This document shows positions 26,187 to 30,337 of a stretch of 30,337 bases of DNA, in pieces. This stretch comes from a virus (Duplodnaviria > Caudoviricetes). The notes under the pieces are model-generated. The model was not told the DNA's origin and did no database searches. It saw only the letters and a program-made list of their open reading frames with translations. Every line of letters starts with the position of its first letter. Position 1 is the stretch's first letter. The translations under genes were made by a program, and so were the position numbers. The DNA is taken from IMG/VR virus record IMGVR_UViG_3300006114_000763, positions 1-30,337 of that record, one strand, 5' to 3'.

Positions 26187-26482
26187 TCTGCTTGAGCTTT
26201 CAAAACAAGTGGATGTCCATGGCCTCTGGCCAAGGTTGTCGAATCGTTAACTTTTTGCTCTGCAATTTCGTGACTATAAATCCCAGCAACAGCGCTACCT
26301 TCTTTATGAATAGCCATTGTGAGTGCTACTGCTTGTTCTTTGTTTTTATGAAAAACTGTCATAAACAAAGCAATGACAAAATCCATTGGTGTAAAATCGT
26401 CGTTAAAAACCAAGACTTTATACTTGCTGGGTTCTTTAAATCTTTGTTTTGTTTTTTCTTCGAGGATAGTATCTGTGGTCAT
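26183..26482 (-). CDS. clpS: ATP-dependent Clp protease adaptor ClpS
   Basis: YKV...NDDFTPMDFV, IH.EG.A..G.Y..EIAE.K and HPL motifs. Confidence 0.93.
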   Translation of the reverse strand: MTTDTILEEKTKQRFKEPSKYKVLVFNDDFTPMDFVIALFMTVFHKNKEQAVALTMAIHKEGSAVAGIYSHEIAEQKVNDSTTLARGHGHPLVLKAQAE

Positions 26483-26493
26483 TTTAGTCTTTC

Positions 26494-26520
26494 AAAATGG
26501 GGGAGGAAAGGGCTCCCCCA
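26494..26520 (-). terminator. Hairpin/terminator after hsp20
   Basis: TGGGGGAG-CCCTTTC-CTCCCCCA-TTTT on the minus strand; the short U tract suggests it is leaky. Confidence 0.55.
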
Positions 26521-26525
26521 TCGGC

Positions 26526-26960
26526 TTACTCAGCCTTTAGTTTAAGAACTCGTGGTTTCAATGCTTCTGGAACCACACGCTTTAGTTCAATAGTTAGTAC
26601 ACCATTTTTGATTGTACCTTCCTCAACTTCCATGTGTTCTGCTAGTGTCCATGAACGAGTAAAATCACGGCTAGCCAATCCACGATGTAAGTAAGTAGGT
26701 TCATTCAAATCGACTTCTTTGCGTTGACCTTTTACAATCAATTGATTTTGGTCAATCTCAACAGTGATCTCATCTGGGTCAAATCCTGTAACCGCAACTT
26801 CGATCTCGTAAGTATCTTCATCGCGTTTCAAAACATTGTATGGAGGATAAGAGTTGTTGATTTGATTTGCAAAGCGTTGTTCAAAGTTATCGAACAAGTT
26901 GTCAAATCCTAGAAGTGCTCTATTAAGAGCGTTGGTGTCAAAACGAACGAGTTGATTCAT
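26526..26960 (-). CDS. hsp20: Small heat shock protein Hsp20 (IbpA-like)
   Basis: GFD..F, YPPYN, YLHRGLA.R.F.R and NGVL.I.L...PE..KPR motifs. Confidence 0.93.
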   Translation of the reverse strand: MNQLVRFDTNALNRALLGFDNLFDNFEQRFANQINNSYPPYNVLKRDEDTYEIEVAVTGFDPDEITVEIDQNQLIVKGQRKEVDLNEPTYLHRGLASRDFTRSWTLAEHMEVEEGTIKNGVLTIELKRVVPEALKPRVLKLKAE

Positions 26961-27032
26961 AATAATCTCCTTTAAAAGTAAGAATCATGTTAGGCACTAT
27001 GCCTATGTGTAGAAGCCATTAGGTCAACTACA
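26958..27032 (-). promoter_or_regulatory. ROSE-like structured 5' UTR of hsp20
   Basis: Three successive hairpins; the last pairs ATGATTCTTACTTT with AAAGGAGATTAT, which contains the SD. Confidence 0.5.
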
Positions 27033-27041
27033 CATTTATTT

Positions 27042-27069
27042 ATTATACACGAAATAGTTTTTGTGTCAA
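27042..27069 (-). promoter_or_regulatory. sigma70 promoter for hsp20
   Basis: TTGACA-16 nt-TATAAT, with an overlapping ATAAATA just downstream. Confidence 0.6.
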
Positions 27070-28067
27070 TTGATTTCAAATATTTCTGGATTTAGTTTTA
27101 CTCCAGATTTCTTTGACTTCTTTTCTTTTTTGGGTTTTTCTTCCGCAACAGGAGGTTGTACAACACAGTTCATTGAAATAATAAGAGGACTGTATAACAA
27201 GATTTCCCTAGCACCTTTAGCAGTTTGGCTAACGATCTTACCACTATCGTCTTTATTTTGTTTACGGCGGCCAGCTGTATAAGTTACATCGTAATAGCTG
27301 ATTGCCAACTGTCCTTGATTGTCTGTATAAAAACTGTCGCCAGCGTCCCTATTACAGTACATGACAATGTTGCCTTTAAGGTCTTCTTGTTTACAAAAGT
27401 CGATTAGTGCTAGATGTTGATTATCATCAAACACTTGACTATAACTAGTAAAACTATCCCTATACGGAGGATCAAAGAAAAAGAATGTTTTTCCTTCTAT
27501 ATTGCTAGTACAGGCGCTCCAATCTCCGCAACGAATATCGACCTTTTGTAAGAATACATTCCATTCTAGTACATTGTCTTTGTCATAGCATTTTGTAGTA
27601 TGATTAAGCAATCCGCAGGGTGTGGCGAATCTGCCATTGCTGGTTTGATTAGTCTGCCAAATGCCATTAAACGCAGTTTTCATTAAAAAGTATAATGTAG
27701 CAGATTCCTCAACAGAGTTCCATTGAGTCCAGTTAGTGGTATATTCTTTGCGTAAATCGTAAAAGAACTTTTTTCTATCTGCTTTATTAAGTGGCAAGTA
27801 TGCGGCTTGTAGTTGATCCATTCTAGCAATAAAATCAACAACATTGGTTTTGATTGCTCGATACACGCCCACGATTTCAGGATTGATATCGTTCATAACA
27901 AACCGTTTGACAGTGGGGTTATTTTCGTAGATATGAATCATCATAGCACCGCCCCCAAAGAAGGGTTCTACAAAGGTATCATATCCAGAATAGGGAATAC
28001 CGGGATCTAACCGGTATTTTGGAATCATTTTATTTTTGCCGCCAGCCCAGATATATAGTGGTTTCAT
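27066..28067 (-). CDS. DNA adenine methyltransferase (Dam/D12 class, alpha group)
   Basis: WAGGK, EPFFGGG, NDIN, FNG and DPPY motifs. Confidence 0.92.
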   Translation of the reverse strand: MKPLYIWAGGKNKMIPKYRLDPGIPYSGYDTFVEPFFGGGAMMIHIYENNPTVKRFVMNDINPEIVGVYRAIKTNVVDFIARMDQLQAAYLPLNKADRKKFFYDLRKEYTTNWTQWNSVEESATLYFLMKTAFNGIWQTNQTSNGRFATPCGLLNHTTKCYDKDNVLEWNVFLQKVDIRCGDWSACTSNIEGKTFFFFDPPYRDSFTSYSQVFDDNQHLALIDFCKQEDLKGNIVMYCNRDAGDSFYTDNQGQLAISYYDVTYTAGRRKQNKDDSGKIVSQTAKGAREILLYSPLIISMNCVVQPPVAEEKPKKEKKSKKSGVKLNPEIFEIN

Positions 28068-28073
28068 TTAGTT

Positions 28074-28102
28074 ATTATACACTATTTAGAATCAAAGGTC
28101 AA
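28074..28102 (-). promoter_or_regulatory. sigma70 promoter for the methyltransferase (probably leaderless mRNA)
   Basis: TTGACC-17 nt-TATAAT ending 6 nt before the ATG; no SD present. Confidence 0.6.
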
Positions 28103-29502
28103 TGTTTAATAAGTGTTTTTAATCTGGTAAGGCTTTCTTGATACATGTCATTTGATATTTCGGCTGCGATTTCTTCGTCAGAACTACCAGCGTTCATCAT
28201 ATCTTGTATTCTTTCTGTAGCCCATGTTTTTTGCTTTGGAGATACGGATCTTAAGGCCATGGTGATTGGATTGTTAGGATCCTTCATTGTATCTTTAAAT
28301 CTAGCGGGAGAAGGTACTGTTGCGGCAGGTTTTGGAGCAGGAGCCGGGGCGGTGGCTGGTTCAGAAAATAGTTCTGGATTTAGGGTTTTTTGTTTTTTCT
28401 CAGCGGCCTTGGGAGCCTTGATTTTGGCAGTAGGTGCTGCTTTTTCCACTTGAGCTTTACCCATGCCCACAAGAGCATAACCGTCTGCTACAGCATTGGT
28501 ATCTCCGCCTGCTTGAATATCATCAACATCACCCTTGCCGCGTTTTAGTTTAATGGTGACCTTTACTTCTGGAGGAAGTGTATTGAACGACACAAGATTG
28601 ATAAACTTAAAGTCGTTGTCTACTAGACAAATACTATTCCAACCGTGCGATTTTTGATACATTTCAAAAATATAAGGAGCAATGATTTTTGCTGTGCCAG
28701 GGTTGCCTAGATTGTCGTAGGCTTGAGCCACCAAGGCAGGTGGGATACCTTCGTACAGCGAGTTTAAATATTTTGAAAACTCGGCCTTGGAGGCAGCATC
28801 TCCCTTGATAGAAGCATATGTTTTAAAGAACTCAGGAATCCACCCGCCGTCAAAGTTTGGTCCTGATTTCAAGTTAAGTTGATTAAAGAACCCTTCTGTT
28901 CGGGCAATGTCCAAAAGATTTTTATTTAGGCTGTCTACAATGCGCTTACCTGTATCTCCTGGAGGAATAACACCGCCATTCTTTAGTTCAACAGTCCAAC
29001 CACCACCCACTTCTAGGTCTCCGCCTTTTTTGGTCGAGCCTTCCTTGCCGTTTTCTGAAAACAAGATAAGAAACATTTCGCCAGGACCCATACCACCCTG
29101 GCCACCGATTTTAAAACGCCATGCGGGTTCAACCAGTTCTTTAAATGCTAGGTTATTTTTAATACGGGATCCAAGATAACTTAAGATATTTCCACTGAGA
29201 TTGTTTTGAAAAGTAGATGCTGGAATCAAGTTTGAAGGATCTGCCATCAACTTCAATAGGTGTACCTTGTGTTCTAATGGTACTTTTAGTGTTTCTAACT
29301 TAGAAACAAACCATTCATAGGCTGGGCCACGAACTCTGGCATGAAGATCACTTGTATCTAGTGTAGAATGAAGATTTTTAGTAAACAGATTATTTTTAAG
29401 ATAATCTAACATTTTCATATCTTCTGGATTACTATCGTCAAGTTTATCTATGGCTTTTTTAATGCGTGCCTTAATGCGTGAATCTATTTCGAATATTCTC
29501 AT
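28099..29502 (-). CDS. Hypothetical protein with a candidate PD-(D/E)XK restriction-endonuclease-like core
   Basis: G.GE...GDL....VELK motif. Start set at MRIFEI (29502), downstream of ATAAATA at 29522-29528; 29532 is an alternative start. Confidence 0.6.
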   Translation of the reverse strand: MRIFEIDSRIKARIKKAIDKLDDSNPEDMKMLDYLKNNLFTKNLHSTLDTSDLHARVRGPAYEWFVSKLETLKVPLEHKVHLLKLMADPSNLIPASTFQNNLSGNILSYLGSRIKNNLAFKELVEPAWRFKIGGQGGMGPGEMFLILFSENGKEGSTKKGGDLEVGGGWTVELKNGGVIPPGDTGKRIVDSLNKNLLDIARTEGFFNQLNLKSGPNFDGGWIPEFFKTYASIKGDAASKAEFSKYLNSLYEGIPPALVAQAYDNLGNPGTAKIIAPYIFEMYQKSHGWNSICLVDNDFKFINLVSFNTLPPEVKVTIKLKRGKGDVDDIQAGGDTNAVADGYALVGMGKAQVEKAAPTAKIKAPKAAEKKQKTLNPELFSEPATAPAPAPKPAATVPSPARFKDTMKDPNNPITMALRSVSPKQKTWATERIQDMMNAGSSDEEIAAEISNDMYQESLTRLKTLIKH

Positions 29503-29524
29503 AATGTTGGTTCCAGTTGTATAT

Positions 29525-29773
29525 TTATTCAATCCACATTTCTATTATCTTTTTAGCCCGTTCCATATTGGGTTCGTACCAAAGTTTATCCAATTCAGCT
29601 ACACCCATATCCCCGCCAAGGTTTATATATTCTTCTGCCACTCGTCCAAACTTGTTTAAAAATGCTTGCCCAAAACGCTGATATTTGTCAGGATCGCGAA
29701 TAGTATCCATAAGGTATTGCTTTTGAAATAGTTCGTAGTCTGTTCTAGATACTTTATATTTCTTTCGATTCAT
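29525..29773 (-). CDS. Hypothetical protein
   Basis: Packed minus-strand ORF with a QRFGQAF motif. Confidence 0.65.
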   Translation of the reverse strand: MNRKKYKVSRTDYELFQKQYLMDTIRDPDKYQRFGQAFLNKFGRVAEEYINLGGDMGVAELDKLWYEPNMERAKKIIEMWIE

Positions 29774-29781
29774 CCAAATAT

Positions 29782-30066
29782 TTACTTGTTCTCACTCCAT
29801 CTCAAACTAAAAAGCGTGGCATTGGCGTCATCGCGGAACACAAATTTGGCACTGCCTATATTTGATGGTTGTCCGGCGATTCCCATAGCACCAAAGGCCC
29901 AGCCTTCTCTAGGATAGTTATTGCTGCTATACCACTTGGCAGGACCTTCCGGATTGTCCAACTGCTTGATCCAAATGGCTTCACGGCCAAATTGTTCTCG
30001 ACACCAAGAAAACATTTCCTCGTATTTGGCTCTATCCAAATCTTTAAACTTTACTTCTTGTGTCAT
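29782..30066 (-). CDS. Hypothetical protein
   Basis: Packed ORF with a WC.E.FG...F.D...A..F.LRW pattern reminiscent of small proteins of large phages. Confidence 0.7.
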   Translation of the reverse strand: MTQEVKFKDLDRAKYEEMFSWCREQFGREAIWIKQLDNPEGPAKWYSSNNYPREGWAFGAMGIAGQPSNIGSAKFVFRDDANATLFSLRWSENK

Positions 30067-30071
30067 ATATA

Positions 30072-30293
30072 TTAAAAAAATTCATCTGGTTCGGCAAAAT
30101 AATCCCAACCTTCGCCGCCTAATAGTTTGATAAGATCCCATTTGGCTTCTTCAATTTTACAGCGTGTGGGCATACTATCACTACCCACTACACATTCACA
30201 TTGGGCACAGAAATAGTTCATACCATACTTGGGTTCGTCATAGTAGGCCACACCACCACAGGGCAGAACCATATAATCAGTATAGTCGATCAT
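30072..30293 (-). CDS. Hypothetical Cys-rich (possible Zn-ribbon) protein
   Basis: PCGG...CxxC...GS...P..C pattern. Confidence 0.65.
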   Translation of the reverse strand: MIDYTDYMVLPCGGVAYYDEPKYGMNYFCAQCECVVGSDSMPTRCKIEEAKWDLIKLLGGEGWDYFAEPDEFF

Positions 30294-30337
30294 TATTCTT
30301 TTGTCAATCCCAGCAGTATTTGATATTGTTCGTAGGC
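30293..30337 (-). CDS. 3' end of a gene truncated by the window edge
   Basis: Reads AYEQYQILLGLTKE-stop with a TAATG overlap to the next gene. Confidence 0.45.
   Translation of the reverse strand, partial: AYEQYQILLGLTKE

Noticed and set aside
25007-26960. Cyanophage identity suggested by heme oxygenase, bilin reductase and hsp20
   Set aside because: There are no photosystem or hli genes here, and heme oxygenase-PcyX pairs are known from phages of non-cyanobacterial hosts; the host cannot be fixed from this window.

Overview
This 30 kb window looks like part of a large T4-like (huge/jumbo) phage genome, not a cellular chromosome. The evidence is tightly packed genes, T4-type late promoter motifs (TATAAATA and variants) mixed with consensus sigma70 promoters, a T4 gpT-like holin and a GH19 lysin. 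From left to right it contains: (i) a minus-strand tRNA array (Tyr, Ala, Met, Asp, Ile, plus degenerate tRNA-like elements); (ii) a divergent glycan-synthesis cluster (QueC-like protein, GT9-like, GT17, GT34 and GT4 glycosyltransferases, two methyltransferases, an epimerase, a split transketolase and RfbB); (iii) lipid genes (desaturase, Mpo1-like protein, a PlcP/LpxH-like phosphoesterase next to a GT4); (iv) a binding protein-DAACS symporter-holin-racemase operon; (v) a three-gene exported low-complexity module containing an Asn-rich repeat protein; (vi) hsp20-clpS-heme oxygenase-bilin reductase-rimK; and (vii) a Dam-like methylase next to a putative nuclease. Two signals missing from the ORF track stand out. 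The first is a 47-codon leader peptide (1849-1992, minus strand) that uses all 20 amino acids and overlaps a terminator/antiterminator switch upstream of the tRNA array, a candidate sensor of the general tRNA pool. The second is a tRNA gene split into 5' and 3' fragments by an insert of about 960 bp that carries an endonuclease and its own divergent tRNA-Asp. All calls come from manual motif reading; no searches or folding programs were run.
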